From IMG/VR virus record IMGVR_UViG_3300045988_111260: 64,000 bases of DNA; one strand, written 5' to 3'. This DNA is from a virus. Made by a program: the position numbers and the translations under genes. The notes under the pieces are model-generated. The model was not told the origin of the DNA. It did not search any database and saw nothing but the letters and a program-made list of their open reading frames with translations. Below, in pieces: positions 9,133-19,560 of this stretch. The first letter of the stretch is position 1, and every line of letters starts with the position of its first letter.

Positions 9133-10274
9133 CCTTGATACCCTCGGTTTCCCGATATTTTAATAGGGGAGTAGACTATACCATAATCGTCGATATTATC
9201 TCGGATTCCCATTGGTAGTCGTTGCGAGCTTCCCATATTGTATATTTAAACAACTTAGGGCTATCTCTCAGGATTATCCAATCCTTGCCGCTGTTACCAT
9301 ATCATTGCAGTTAACAATGCCACATTTTGATTTCTCTAATGCTTGGTGGACAAGGTTTTAGGACTTCCCCTGATATTCTGGGTTTTCTATATATATCACT
9401 ACATATAGCGACTATTATAACAGTACATATTCTACGTTATTTACATTGAACTTTTCTTGTTTAAGAAATTGTTTTAGTTCTCGTTGAGTGCAATTTAGTA
9501 GTGGATACAATTTTTTCATCATATCTTTCAACAAATAAAATCTTTTATTAGTCATATCTGCATAGATTTTTCGTCCGACATTACATTCGCACAAATACTC
9601 GAATTGATTGTTTAATAAATATTCATACATTTCTTTTGTATATAAAACAAAATGATAACCATAAGCTAAATTTTGTTTATTTAATAAGCACCTTGATATT
9701 GATGATGTATTTTTAATATGTAATTCTTTTGCAGCATCCTTTTGTGTCTTATATATTTTTAGAGTTTCAACACATATTACAGACTTGGCATTTGGGTTAT
9801 TTTCATTTAAATTTTTCCCAATCTTTTTTTGAGATAAATTTCTTTTCATTTCTTCAGTCCATTTATGCCCATAATTTGGGTTATTCGTCCCCATAACCAT
9901 TCTTCGCATTTTTTCTCTATATTCATCTGTAGGATTTGGGATATAACATCCAGATCCACCACCATTCATATTGTAGCCATTTTTATATGTGTTTAATTTT
10001 TTAATCCAACTCTTCTCTTTCTCATCAAGATCTTCTCTTTTACACTCTTCTAAAATATAATGTTTAAAACTTTCTTCACCATATTTATTAAAACTACGTT
10101 GCAAATAACAATTTGCATGATCGTTTCTTCTTAAACTATTTAGATGATGTTTCCATCGATCATTTATATCTACACTTTGTCCAACATATTTTTTATGATT
10201 TACAATATTTTCAATACAGTAAATACCTGTAATAAAAATTCCTCCTTTACTGGTTTATATGCACTATTGTTTTA
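9133..10274 (-). mobile_element. Group I intron (about 1.14 kb) interrupting dnaE, carrying a GIY-YIG homing endonuclease ORF
   Basis: Exon 1 ends ...AGQMPD then TAA; exon 2 frame opens at IDLN; intron 3' part contains a P7-like GACUA...(P8)...GGUAUAGUC and ends in G. Confidence 0.65.
9415..10233 (-). CDS. GIY-YIG homing endonuclease (I-TevI-like), intron-encoded; probable non-AUG (ATT) start 7 nt after GGAGG
   Basis: ITGIYCIENIVNHKKYVGQSVDINDRWKHH...NCYLQRSFNKYGEESF lies in frame upstream of the track's TTG start; C-terminal NUMOD-like region. Confidence 0.7.
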   Translation of the reverse strand: MTGIYCIENIVNHKKYVGQSVDINDRWKHHLNSLRRNDHANCYLQRSFNKYGEESFKHYILEECKREDLDEKEKSWIKKLNTYKNGYNMNGGGSGCYIPNPTDEYREKMRRMVMGTNNPNYGHKWTEEMKRNLSQKKIGKNLNENNPNAKSVICVETLKIYKTQKDAAKELHIKNTSSISRCLLNKQNLAYGYHFVLYTKEMYEYLLNNQFEYLCECNVGRKIYADMTNKRFYLLKDMMKKLYPLLNCTQRELKQFLKQEKFNVNNVEYVLL

Positions 10275-11546
10275 ATCGGGCATCTGACCTGCTAAAACAC
10301 GGTCTTTTGTTAAAAAGCGTTCTGGATAAATAGGAATATCTGCATTGAATCTATCTACCGTTGTTAATCCTAGCAACTTATTTGTAATGAATGATGCAGC
10401 GCTACCTCTTGACGTAGTAGTTAATATTCCACCTTCGCAATTTACTGCATCATCTACAATTGCTTTACTTGTTAAAAAGTAATCTACAACTCCTGAATCC
10501 ATGACTTGTTTTGCTTCATACCTAATTCCATCTGCTTTTTCTTTTGATTTTTCTTTTTCTTTAGCATAGGCTTTGTTTAATATTTTCTTATAAATAGCAC
10601 ATTTACCTTCATATGTTTTATCTTTATGAACGCTTGGAATTTTAAATTTTCTGTCAAAAACAATTTCTTCGCATTCTGACATGAACACATTTGTGTTCAT
10701 AATAGCAGTTAAGACTTCTTCCTCAGAAAGAACTCCTTGCTCTTGAAATCGCTCTATAACCGTTGTTGTGTCTGGATAATCCATATACCATCCAAATTCT
10801 TCTGGATATTCAATATGCTTGTACTTTAAAATCTGATCCCTTTTTACTGCCGTCTTATCATCAATGTAATGACTATCAAGCCCACAAATGATCTGAATAT
10901 TGTGTTCTTTTGCAAGTTTTAAGATTTTTCTGTTAAGTCTTTTTTGTGGATCAGTATTATGAGCCTGCACTTCTAAAAAGAAATTATCGCCAAAATAGTC
11001 ATGTATTTTTAACCAAATGTCCTCTGCATCTTTATAATGCCAACCAGATAAGCAAGCCGATGTAACAATTACATTCTCTTTTGGAATATTAAAAAGTAAT
11101 TCTAAGTCAATTCTTGGTTTGTAATAATATCCATCAATATTTGCCATAGAAAGGGCGAAGTTAATATCTTCTCTCCCTTCAGCATTTTTCGCAAGTATCA
11201 TCATATGACAGTTTGCTTTGTCTTTTTCTTTTCTATCTTTCACCCAGTAGGCTTCAGCAGAATGAATATATTTCAAATGCTCCTTTTCAGCCACTTTATA
11301 TACTTCAAACTGGTTTCCTTGTGACCCATGCTCCCCTGAATAAAGACATTTTGCACCAAATTCATGAATACGTTTTGCATAATTTTCAATTGATTCTGCA
11401 CAATCTGGAGTTGATGTATTACTAAAATCTTTATGACAATGGTAGTTTTCAAGATATAGATTTCTTCCATAATCTTCAACAGAATATGGAAATTTAAATT
11501 TTAATGTTGGGATAATTTTTGCAATTAAATCTTCATACATAATCAT
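10275..11546 (-). CDS. dnaE: DNA polymerase III alpha (DnaE-type), exon 1 (PHP domain through catalytic-site Asp)
   Basis: PHP YLENYHCHKDFS; RGSAASFITNKLLGLTTVD...ERFLTKDRV...MPD matches DnaE GRGSAAGSLVAY...ERFLNPER...MPD(IDxxF). Confidence 0.75.
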
Positions 11547-13162
11547 CCCACCTCTTCAAGTGAATCACACACTGCTTTCAGCACAAACTTTCTGCCAAAG
11601 AACCCACAATCAAGAGTAGTTACAGCACAAAACTCATCATTCATCATAGAATGGTCTTCCATATCCTCAAACGATCCATCATAGTTCCATTTAATGATCC
11701 ACAATTTATCATTGTTACATGGTTTCAGGACAAGATGTTTATAATTGCTCATCTGACCAATGTCATAGTCGTCAATCTCTTCAATATAAACTCTTACAGG
11801 TTTAAATCCTTGTCCAGAAATACGATCAATTTTCTTAATCATGTCAACCATTTTTCTTGTGATGTCTGAAATATCAAGCATAATATCGACATCAACTGTT
11901 GTATCTTCTGGCTTATCTGGAAGAGTTTCTTCTATATAAGAGGTGAACTCAGCAAAGTTCTTTCTAGGAATTTCAATACCACTGGCAAGTTCATGTCCAT
12001 TTGCTTCAGCCAACTGACTGTTATTACACATCTGTCGGAAGTCTTTTACACCAACTGCTCGCATAGATCCTGCATATGTATCTTCATTTTTCTTTAGCAC
12101 AAGAATCGGCTTCTGGTATTTTTCAAGCAATTTGTTTCCAATTAACCCAGAAATACCATAATCAGTGTCGATAAAAGTTGTGATCATCTTTTTATCACTC
12201 TGAGCTTCACACTGTTCCGCAATCATTGGCATCAGCTGTGCGACCTCTGCATTTTGGTCTTCTTTGCATTGCTTTAACTGTTTAATATATCCTCGTAACT
12301 TTTTATTGTCATCTTCAAGGAAAGCATTTAGAGCAATTTCATTCTGATCCATTCTGTTTGCAGCATTAACCAACGGTGCAATACTAAAAGCAACTGCTGT
12401 GCTGTTGAATTCAAATCCACCAATAATCTTCTTAATCGCAGGATTTCTAATTTCTTTCAAAGCTTCGGATACAATGTAACGATTCTCCATTACTCTCATA
12501 TCCATCATATCTGCAATCAGCCCAACGCCTGCTAGATCGACCAAATCATCTGCATAATCTGTACCATTCTGCTCATCAATATACTTGCAAAACTTCCAAA
12601 CAACACCTGCGCCAGATAGCTGTGGATTTTCATATTCTCTCTGAGAAGAAACTAATGTGCAATAGTTGTCATAAGGAACATCTGGATCGATGGCATGGTG
12701 GTCTAACACAATCACATCAACTCCTGTTTCTTTTAAATCCTTATACTGAGTCTCGTCTTTATCTAAACTATCAACGACAATCAGTAAATCATACCCATAA
12801 AACTTAGCAATGTCCTGATTTACTAATCCATGCTGTTTGCCTCGGTTAATGTATACATCTACTGGATTTTCTGTCATGTTTTTTAAATATCGTGTCATAA
12901 TGGCACCAGATGTGATGCCGTCAGTATCTGTGTCAAAATGTACTGCAATACGTTTATCTTTGTATACTGCATCTACCAGAAGCTTATATGCTTTATCAAT
13001 ATTTTTTAAGTCATCAAGAGGAAGTAAATCATCTTCCGTAGGATTTAGAAAATGCTCTGGATCGTCAATACCACGCTCCTGCATGATAATTTCAAATACC
13101 TCATCTTCAAAAAGTCCTCTGCAATCGTTCAAAATGTTATATTTCTTCTTCGACGTCTTCAT
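11543..13162 (-). CDS. RecJ-like DHH/DHHA1 single-strand DNA exonuclease
   Basis: VHFDTDTDGITSG, VIVLDHHAID, C-terminal DHHA1-like ...EANGHELASG. Confidence 0.7.
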   Translation of the reverse strand: MKTSKKKYNILNDCRGLFEDEVFEIIMQERGIDDPEHFLNPTEDDLLPLDDLKNIDKAYKLLVDAVYKDKRIAVHFDTDTDGITSGAIMTRYLKNMTENPVDVYINRGKQHGLVNQDIAKFYGYDLLIVVDSLDKDETQYKDLKETGVDVIVLDHHAIDPDVPYDNYCTLVSSQREYENPQLSGAGVVWKFCKYIDEQNGTDYADDLVDLAGVGLIADMMDMRVMENRYIVSEALKEIRNPAIKKIIGGFEFNSTAVAFSIAPLVNAANRMDQNEIALNAFLEDDNKKLRGYIKQLKQCKEDQNAEVAQLMPMIAEQCEAQSDKKMITTFIDTDYGISGLIGNKLLEKYQKPILVLKKNEDTYAGSMRAVGVKDFRQMCNNSQLAEANGHELASGIEIPRKNFAEFTSYIEETLPDKPEDTTVDVDIMLDISDITRKMVDMIKKIDRISGQGFKPVRVYIEEIDDYDIGQMSNYKHLVLKPCNNDKLWIIKWNYDGSFEDMEDHSMMNDEFCAVTTLDCGFFGRKFVLKAVCDSLEEVG

Positions 13163-14165
13163 CCCCTATCATTTTTATTTCGTTTTCTAATATGTAATTT
13201 AACTTTTCTTTTCCCATATCGGACGGTGATGCCTTATTGGAATACTCACTTAATTTAAAGTCCCAGTATCCTAACTCAATCTCAGCAAATCTTGAATATC
13301 CTTTTACCATGTCAATATTTCTCATGATATTCTTAATATCATAGCCAACGTCATGCATAAATATTACTTTTTTAGGATTTAATTCCAATAATAATTGCAC
13401 CTGTTTCTTGCTGATTGTTCCACTGCCAAGTGCCACACAGTTTCTAATTCCATATGTAAAACACTGCATTACAGATTTCTCTGCCTCAAATATTAACACA
13501 ACACCGTTGGCTAAATACTGATAATTCTGAGAATATCCATATAATGTTTGAGACATTTGACACGGAACATCGTAGAAATATTTCATTTCACCATCTTCAA
13601 CGTCATAGTTAAATCTTTCTTTTACACCAATTAATTGTCCTAATTGATTTCTAATCGGAATTGCGATCCCTTGAGATGATGTATCAAACCGAATGCCAAA
13701 AGTTCTTTGTGCTTCAAGTGATATATTATCTTTAAGGAATCTTAAATTCCCTACATTATTGTATTTATCTAATATAGATTCATCATAAGTTTGGATTCGA
13801 ACTACATTGTGATTTCTAATCCTTTCATAAAATCCGCCAAAAATACCTTGTCTATCAAAGAAATCATAGTAATCAGTAATCCCTAAGATGTTTTTAACAA
13901 CTCCTAAAACCTCTGCAAAATCAACTCCACGTTGCTGCATAATATATGAGAACAAATCTTTTTGGATTGCTCTAGCATAATCATGCACAAACAACGCTTT
14001 GTTATTTTTCAGATTGATTACTATGGACTTCTTTGAAGAGACCTCATCTCGACCAAATGACATATATGTGTTTCTGATCACTACATGACAATAATCAAAA
14101 TGCTCCAAGACTTCTCTTATTTTTTCAGGATTAGACAATAGTTCTTTTTTTATATTGTCTAACAT
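13137..14165 (-). CDS. TOPRIM-domain primase (DnaG-like, no obvious zinc finger)
   Basis: VVLIFEAEKSVMQ and KVIFMHDVGYD resemble the TOPRIM E and DxD motifs; it sits between the dnaB-like and recJ-like genes as in SPbeta yorI-yorJ-yorK-yorL. Confidence 0.5.
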   Translation of the reverse strand: MLDNIKKELLSNPEKIREVLEHFDYCHVVIRNTYMSFGRDEVSSKKSIVINLKNNKALFVHDYARAIQKDLFSYIMQQRGVDFAEVLGVVKNILGITDYYDFFDRQGIFGGFYERIRNHNVVRIQTYDESILDKYNNVGNLRFLKDNISLEAQRTFGIRFDTSSQGIAIPIRNQLGQLIGVKERFNYDVEDGEMKYFYDVPCQMSQTLYGYSQNYQYLANGVVLIFEAEKSVMQCFTYGIRNCVALGSGTISKKQVQLLLELNPKKVIFMHDVGYDIKNIMRNIDMVKGYSRFAEIELGYWDFKLSEYSNKASPSDMGKEKLNYILENEIKMIGDEDVEEEI

Positions 14166-14186
14166 ATATCACACCGCACATTTTAA

Positions 14187-15677
14187 TTATTTGATCTCTC
14201 CATGTTTAAATCTTGCCTGCGCAACCTCTCTAAAGATACAATGATCACCATCGAATTTAAGTAGATAACCAACTCCTGTATCTGATGAGTTTGAACCGCT
14301 TCGACATTTCTCAACAAATAAAGCTCTCCATACCGCAGTGCGGTCAGGATGATATTCTTCCTCAATCCATTTATCGTTAACTTTTTTTAGCCTAAATGGA
14401 CGGCAATAGAATTTGCTCTTTTCGTCAAGCTCTTCATCATACACGGTTCTCATTAAGAAAAGATTTTCTAATACTTCTTTGATCTGCTTAGAGTTTGAAA
14501 GAACAGAGCTATCAAGAAATAGCCTTCCTCTCATATACTCTGCTAACTGCACAGATGCCAGCATGATAATGTTGTATTTTTTTGCAAGTTTATCTAACTC
14601 TCGACTGTCATGAACCAAAGATAAATCAGTACGATTACCTTTAAAATCTCCTTCTTGAATCTTAAAAGTGTCATACAACACTGTGTCATATCCGTAGCGA
14701 AGTACATGTTCTCTAATTTTCTTCTTGACAACAGTCATATCAGCATCGTTGATAAGTAAGAATTTCACTCTACCCTTATACTGTTCTCGCCATAACTGTT
14801 GCACGTCTTTTAGTTCTCTTCGGCTTGCATCATCAATCTGTCCAGACATCATTTTCTTTTTTGTCAACTTAAAATAACGATTATGCTTCGCCAAAAGCCA
14901 AATCATAAACTTGACTTTAAATTTCTTTACTTTTTCTTCGTTTGAAATGATCAATACTTTCCTATCATAATTCAGCAATGCCATAAGCAAAGTGATAAAC
15001 CATGTTGATTTACCTGCACTACTGAATCCACCCATCATAGTAAGTGTTCCCTCAAGAATACCCATGATCTGTCTGGATAAGAACGGAAAGCAGTTCATTT
15101 CTTCGCCATTAATATCAATCCCTGCCACATCAAATGGAACTCCATTTTCTTCACCTTCCACGCAGGAATCAATAAAATCATCATCAAAATCAATTTCTTC
15201 TTCTTCCAGAATCTTACTGGAATATCCCGTACCATATGTACTTAGTCTTGCATCATACCAATCCGTAACTTCCTCGGCAGTCATTCTTCTGAAAAGTGTT
15301 ACTGGTACGATTTTCTTGCCGTCAATGTCTATCTCTTTGAACAGGTTAAATCCATCATCATACATCTTCAGCATAGTGTTTTCTCTATACAGAATGTCGA
15401 TATACACATCAAAATTCTGTGTGTTGATAATATCTATCTGATGTTGAATAGAATCCCATCCTCCCATGTCAGTGTATCTTTTTATAGCGTTCTCAGACAG
15501 ATTGGATAAAATCGTGATTTCATCCAGAGAATAGAATCCCTGTTCACGTAATTTTTTGAGCATAGAAAAGTAAAAAAGTCCATCTTTTGTAATGAAATCG
15601 TGCTGTTCGAATATCGTGTCATCCAAAAGCAACATATCTTTAAAGAAACAACTAATTACATTTCCCTCTGCCTCCAT
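14187..15677 (-). CDS. dnaB: DnaB-family replicative helicase
   Basis: DnaB N-terminal domain; Walker A MMGGFSSAGKST; RecA-like core. Confidence 0.8.
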   Translation of the reverse strand: MEAEGNVISCFFKDMLLLDDTIFEQHDFITKDGLFYFSMLKKLREQGFYSLDEITILSNLSENAIKRYTDMGGWDSIQHQIDIINTQNFDVYIDILYRENTMLKMYDDGFNLFKEIDIDGKKIVPVTLFRRMTAEEVTDWYDARLSTYGTGYSSKILEEEEIDFDDDFIDSCVEGEENGVPFDVAGIDINGEEMNCFPFLSRQIMGILEGTLTMMGGFSSAGKSTWFITLLMALLNYDRKVLIISNEEKVKKFKVKFMIWLLAKHNRYFKLTKKKMMSGQIDDASRRELKDVQQLWREQYKGRVKFLLINDADMTVVKKKIREHVLRYGYDTVLYDTFKIQEGDFKGNRTDLSLVHDSRELDKLAKKYNIIMLASVQLAEYMRGRLFLDSSVLSNSKQIKEVLENLFLMRTVYDEELDEKSKFYCRPFRLKKVNDKWIEEEYHPDRTAVWRALFVEKCRSGSNSSDTGVGYLLKFDGDHCIFREVAQARFKHGEIK

Positions 15678-15733
15678 ACGACCTTTTAATAATTTTGACG
15701 GATATTTATCTTTAACTCCTGCAACAAAATCCG

Positions 15734-16270
15734 CTATTCTTTCTCACCAACTTCCGTCAAAATATCGTTAATACATCTACGAGATTTCTTTTTCTTCTTG
15801 TATTTAGTTTTTTCAGCTCCGATATTTTCATTGATCTGCTTGCTTACAACATGATGTTTAACAATAGCCTGTTGTCTCTGTGGAACTTCATCGTCTGAGT
15901 CCCTATAATCAATCAGACTATTTTTTAAAATTGCTGAAAAATATTTAATCTTAGCAAATTCGCTATTGTATTCTCTCCCAACAATTCTTGTTAAATATTC
16001 TTGATTGTCATGCAAGTATTCTAATATCAGCTTAAAACCGTAAATCTTGCCAAGAGCATTTACTTCCTTATTTAATACAGTGTTCGTTACCGTATAGCCG
16101 AAAATATCATAAATACAATAATATGTATCATTCCTATTTTTGCGGTTCTCCATCATTTTGTTATACTCAGCTTCTGAGCAGTAGTAGGCATTTGGTTTAC
16201 CTTCTACTGCTACTTTAAAAGCTTCGTTTCTGTCTACTTTTTTGCCGCAAATTCTACATTTTACAAGCAT
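15734..16270 (-). CDS. Hypothetical zinc-ribbon protein with basic C-terminus
   Basis: CRICGKK...YYCSEAEY; KKKKKSRR tail. Confidence 0.4.
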   Translation of the reverse strand: MLVKCRICGKKVDRNEAFKVAVEGKPNAYYCSEAEYNKMMENRKNRNDTYYCIYDIFGYTVTNTVLNKEVNALGKIYGFKLILEYLHDNQEYLTRIVGREYNSEFAKIKYFSAILKNSLIDYRDSDDEVPQRQQAIVKHHVVSKQINENIGAEKTKYKKKKKSRRCINDILTEVGEKE

Positions 16271-16281
16271 TGCTCAGACTC

Positions 16282-17454
16282 CTATTTCAGCAGATCATAC
16301 ATTTCTTTTAATCCATCATCGTCGACTTCACTAAGTTTTCCATACTGCTTAATGATTCCTTTGACTTTTGTTTTTAATTCTGCGTCTTCACAAGTTTTAC
16401 ATAACTCTTTTACATGTTCTCTTAAATCTTCTGGATAGTCGTCTGATGTATCTTCATCAATATCATCAATGACATCTTCCATTAAATCTTCGTCAGCTTC
16501 TGTAATATCGTCTTCAATAACATCATCAATGTCTTCCTCGATCTCATCTTCTAGCTCTGGCTGAGGATTCGGCTTAACAACTGCATTTTTAACAACTTTT
16601 TTCTTCTTTTTAGAATTCTGAATCGCATCTTTTAAAGCTTTGATCAACTCATCAGAATCAAGTGGAATTTCATCAACAATTCCTGAAAATCTTGATTTGC
16701 TATCTACTGAATAAGAATCATCTCTAAATACAATTTTACGTTTTTCATCTTTGATCTTATTTACCGTAATCTCTTTTTTAGTGATAATGTCTTTTCTTCC
16801 TGTTCCTTCTGCCTCAATAGAACGATCAAGGCAGGCTACTCCGACAATATGTACTTTAGTTTTAAAATCATTAAAGTATCTCTGAGCAAGATTAGATGTT
16901 AATGTCGTGTAAGAAGCACTTGTTACTGGATCTACGATATCTTTTGTTTTTGAATGACATGTATACCATACTCTTACTCCGACTTTTCTTAATGCTCTAA
17001 CCTGATCATAGATCATATTAAATACAACATCATATCCTGCTCCGAACCCACCTTCAACACTGTTTAATGTTTTAGCCTTTTTAAAGTTCTTGTTTTTCAT
17101 ATTTTCTCTATTCCAATTTTCAATAGCCTTTTTCTGTGTTAGGTCAATTAACTGATCAAGAGTATCTATAATCATGACCTTTAAATTTGGATATTCTGTT
17201 TTTTTATTTTTAATAATGTCATTACAGATTTCTACAAACTTTTTGAAATTTGGAACATCTTCATATGTAACGTCATCAATAGCGGAAACACCTTCTTCAT
17301 CTCCTGTGTTTAATAATAGATATCCATCTTCTCCAAATTCTTTTTCGCAAACCTCACTAATAACTGTTGTTTTACCGATTCCAGATTCTCCACAGATCAT
17401 AAGTGAATAATCATATAAATTGTCACTAATTTTACTTCTTTTACCGTATGCCAT
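16282..17454 (-). CDS. Phage AAA/RecA-like ATPase with acidic C-terminal tail
   Basis: Walker A ICGESGIGKTT, Walker B-like MIIDTLDQ; D/E-rich C-terminal 100 aa. Confidence 0.6.
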   Translation of the reverse strand: MAYGKRSKISDNLYDYSLMICGESGIGKTTVISEVCEKEFGEDGYLLLNTGDEEGVSAIDDVTYEDVPNFKKFVEICNDIIKNKKTEYPNLKVMIIDTLDQLIDLTQKKAIENWNRENMKNKNFKKAKTLNSVEGGFGAGYDVVFNMIYDQVRALRKVGVRVWYTCHSKTKDIVDPVTSASYTTLTSNLAQRYFNDFKTKVHIVGVACLDRSIEAEGTGRKDIITKKEITVNKIKDEKRKIVFRDDSYSVDSKSRFSGIVDEIPLDSDELIKALKDAIQNSKKKKKVVKNAVVKPNPQPELEDEIEEDIDDVIEDDITEADEDLMEDVIDDIDEDTSDDYPEDLREHVKELCKTCEDAELKTKVKGIIKQYGKLSEVDDDGLKEMYDLLK

Positions 17455-17532
17455 ATGTATAATTTCTCCTTTTAAAGACAGTATTTTGTTTTATAAATCA
17501 TCAAGCGAGTAAAGAGCTAAAAGCTCTAAACT

Positions 17533-18777
17533 CTAATCGAATAAGTCATCATCGTCATCATTATCATTATCGATTGATTCTTCTGAGAATAAATCTTCAT
17601 TCTCATCAATCTCTAATGCAGGCACTTCCATATCTTCTGCTGTATAAACAGTGTCCTGAACGCCTTCTTTGATACCGTTGCGTGATGGTTTAATTAGCTG
17701 ATACTCTTTGACTTTATCCCCATAAGCACTTCCGCCAATCGCCTTTTGAATCTCCTCCATAGTAATGATTCCACATTCAAGGTCATCTCTCTGTTCTTCT
17801 GAGAGCATGTCCTCTGTAAGTTCTACACGCTGAGAACCATTGATCATATCTACGACAATGCCGTATTCCATGTATTTATCTTCGTCTTCAACGATGAATT
17901 TTCTCTTTAATCCATTGGCTTTCTTATATCCGTTTTCGTCTTTTTCTTTATTAGGAACTGGAATAACAATTGTTGTTGGAACGGCTATTTTTTTCTTTCT
18001 GCTCGGAATGTATTCAAAAACAAAACCATTAACATAATATTTACCGTCTTCCTCAACGCTTGTTTCATCTAAACTCTCAGCTCCAAATACAAAACTCATT
18101 GTTGCTGTAGAATATGGTTCATCGTCATCTGCTGCGAGATAAATTCTGTTAGGGATCAGATTCTCATAAAATCTTTCTTTGTCATCAGAATATGAATAAT
18201 CTCCACGTCCTCTAATATGGAAGTTGCAGTCATCATATTTGCCACTATCAATGACTTTTTTGATGAATTCTACGTAATCCCATTCAGAAATAAATTCATG
18301 ATGTCTTTTCTTGCTTTTCTCATACTCTTTTTCAAGTTCGTCTACAGATGTTAATCCAACTTCTGCAAGATCTTTATCTGTAACATCTTTACCTTCTTTG
18401 ATTTTTTCTAAGGCATTTTTTAATTTGTATCTTCTTCCTGGTTTTTCTAGGTCAAAAACAAATTTTCTGAAATCTGATACTTCTGCCAGCTTTGGAGATG
18501 TTAATCTGTCTTTAAAAGGAATCTGAATTTTTTCTCCATCTTTGATTTTCTTACCACTTGAGTCGTATTCTGGTTTGGAATATGTATAGACATCACCGTG
18601 TCCATCTTCGAAACTTCCTGCATCAACAGTTAACATATGTCTACTGTCACCGCATGTCACATTAAATAACAGTCTTCTTCGTACCCAGCCTGACTTTTCA
18701 TATTTTGTCTCGCTGTAAGGGTGAAATTTTTCTGTGTCCTTGCTAATGCTGAGCTTTCCTGTCATTTCAAAATTCAT
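17533..18777 (-). CDS. Putative ssDNA-binding protein (acidic C-terminal tip ...DDDDDLFD)
   Basis: The C-terminus mimics the SSB acidic amphipathic tip; position within the replication module. Confidence 0.35.
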   Translation of the reverse strand: MNFEMTGKLSISKDTEKFHPYSETKYEKSGWVRRRLLFNVTCGDSRHMLTVDAGSFEDGHGDVYTYSKPEYDSSGKKIKDGEKIQIPFKDRLTSPKLAEVSDFRKFVFDLEKPGRRYKLKNALEKIKEGKDVTDKDLAEVGLTSVDELEKEYEKSKKRHHEFISEWDYVEFIKKVIDSGKYDDCNFHIRGRGDYSYSDDKERFYENLIPNRIYLAADDDEPYSTATMSFVFGAESLDETSVEEDGKYYVNGFVFEYIPSRKKKIAVPTTIVIPVPNKEKDENGYKKANGLKRKFIVEDEDKYMEYGIVVDMINGSQRVELTEDMLSEEQRDDLECGIITMEEIQKAIGGSAYGDKVKEYQLIKPSRNGIKEGVQDTVYTAEDMEVPALEIDENEDLFSEESIDNDNDDDDDLFD

Positions 18778-18983
18778 TAAATAGAATTCCTCCTCTTGTT
18801 ATTAAATTTGTTTAGTTAGTTTTTAGTTTGTAGTTTGTAAATAAGTCATCAATTTATATCCACTGTCAACTCTGCCAAAGCTAACAGGAACAAAAAATAA
18901 TTGTATCTGATCGTCTTATATTGTTATAATCGTTCTAGTACATTTATAACAAATGCGTCAAAAAAATAATAAAAGCAAAAAGC

Positions 18984-19529
18984 TTAATTAATATCTGGAA
19001 GTAATTTTGCTTTAAGTCTGTTCATTTTTTGTTGTACTGCTTGTCTAGTAACTCCAAACCTTTTTGCAATTTCATCATATGTATAGCCAGACATTCTTAA
19101 ATCAATCATTTGCTTATCTTTGTTCTTTAGTGTATCCATTCGATCTTTAAAAAGCAACATTGTAATTAAATTTTTTTCAAAATTTTTATCAACCAATAAA
19201 ACATCTTCCATTGTACTTTTGAAATTTGTGTCTGTATTACACAAAATATTATAAGATAAAACATGTTTGTTAAATTGATTAGACGCAGATTTTTCGGATC
19301 TAAATTGTTTATATAATTCGTTTTGGATGCACGAATAAACCAATGTAGATAGTGTAGTATTTTTACTTTCATCATAATATATGGCAGCCTTACATAGTCC
19401 AATTGCTGCCACGTCGTAATAGTCATCAAATTTCTCGTTGCGTACACCAAATTTCCGCATAGCAGAGTAAATCAAATTATGATTTTGTTCCACTAATTTT
19501 CTCTGTTCGTCATTTAATTTCAACGACAT
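18984..19529 (-). CDS. Sigma-70 family sigma factor (phage-encoded), paralogue 1
   Basis: Region 2-like ...YYDVAAIGLCKAAIYYD...; region 4 HTH YTYDEIAKRFGVTRQAVQQKMNRLKAKL. Confidence 0.7.
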   Translation of the reverse strand: MSLKLNDEQRKLVEQNHNLIYSAMRKFGVRNEKFDDYYDVAAIGLCKAAIYYDESKNTTLSTLVYSCIQNELYKQFRSEKSASNQFNKHVLSYNILCNTDTNFKSTMEDVLLVDKNFEKNLITMLLFKDRMDTLKNKDKQMIDLRMSGYTYDEIAKRFGVTRQAVQQKMNRLKAKLLPDIN

Positions 19530-19560
19530 TTTCTCCTTTATTTACTTGTGTTTATGTAAT

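Noticed and set aside
9415-10104. ORF-track start (TTG at 10104) for the homing endonuclease
   Set aside because: The conserved GIY-YIG block lies in frame upstream of this TTG, so the tracked start truncates the catalytic domain. The feature was extended to 10233 instead.
14183-14365. 60-aa minus-strand ORF in an alternative frame inside dnaB
   Set aside because: Entirely nested within the DnaB-family helicase gene with no independent signals; frame-shadow artefact.
17533-18777. Confident SSB annotation
   Set aside because: Only the acidic C-terminal tip and genomic context support it, and no OB-fold motif is recognisable by eye. It is kept as a low-confidence call.
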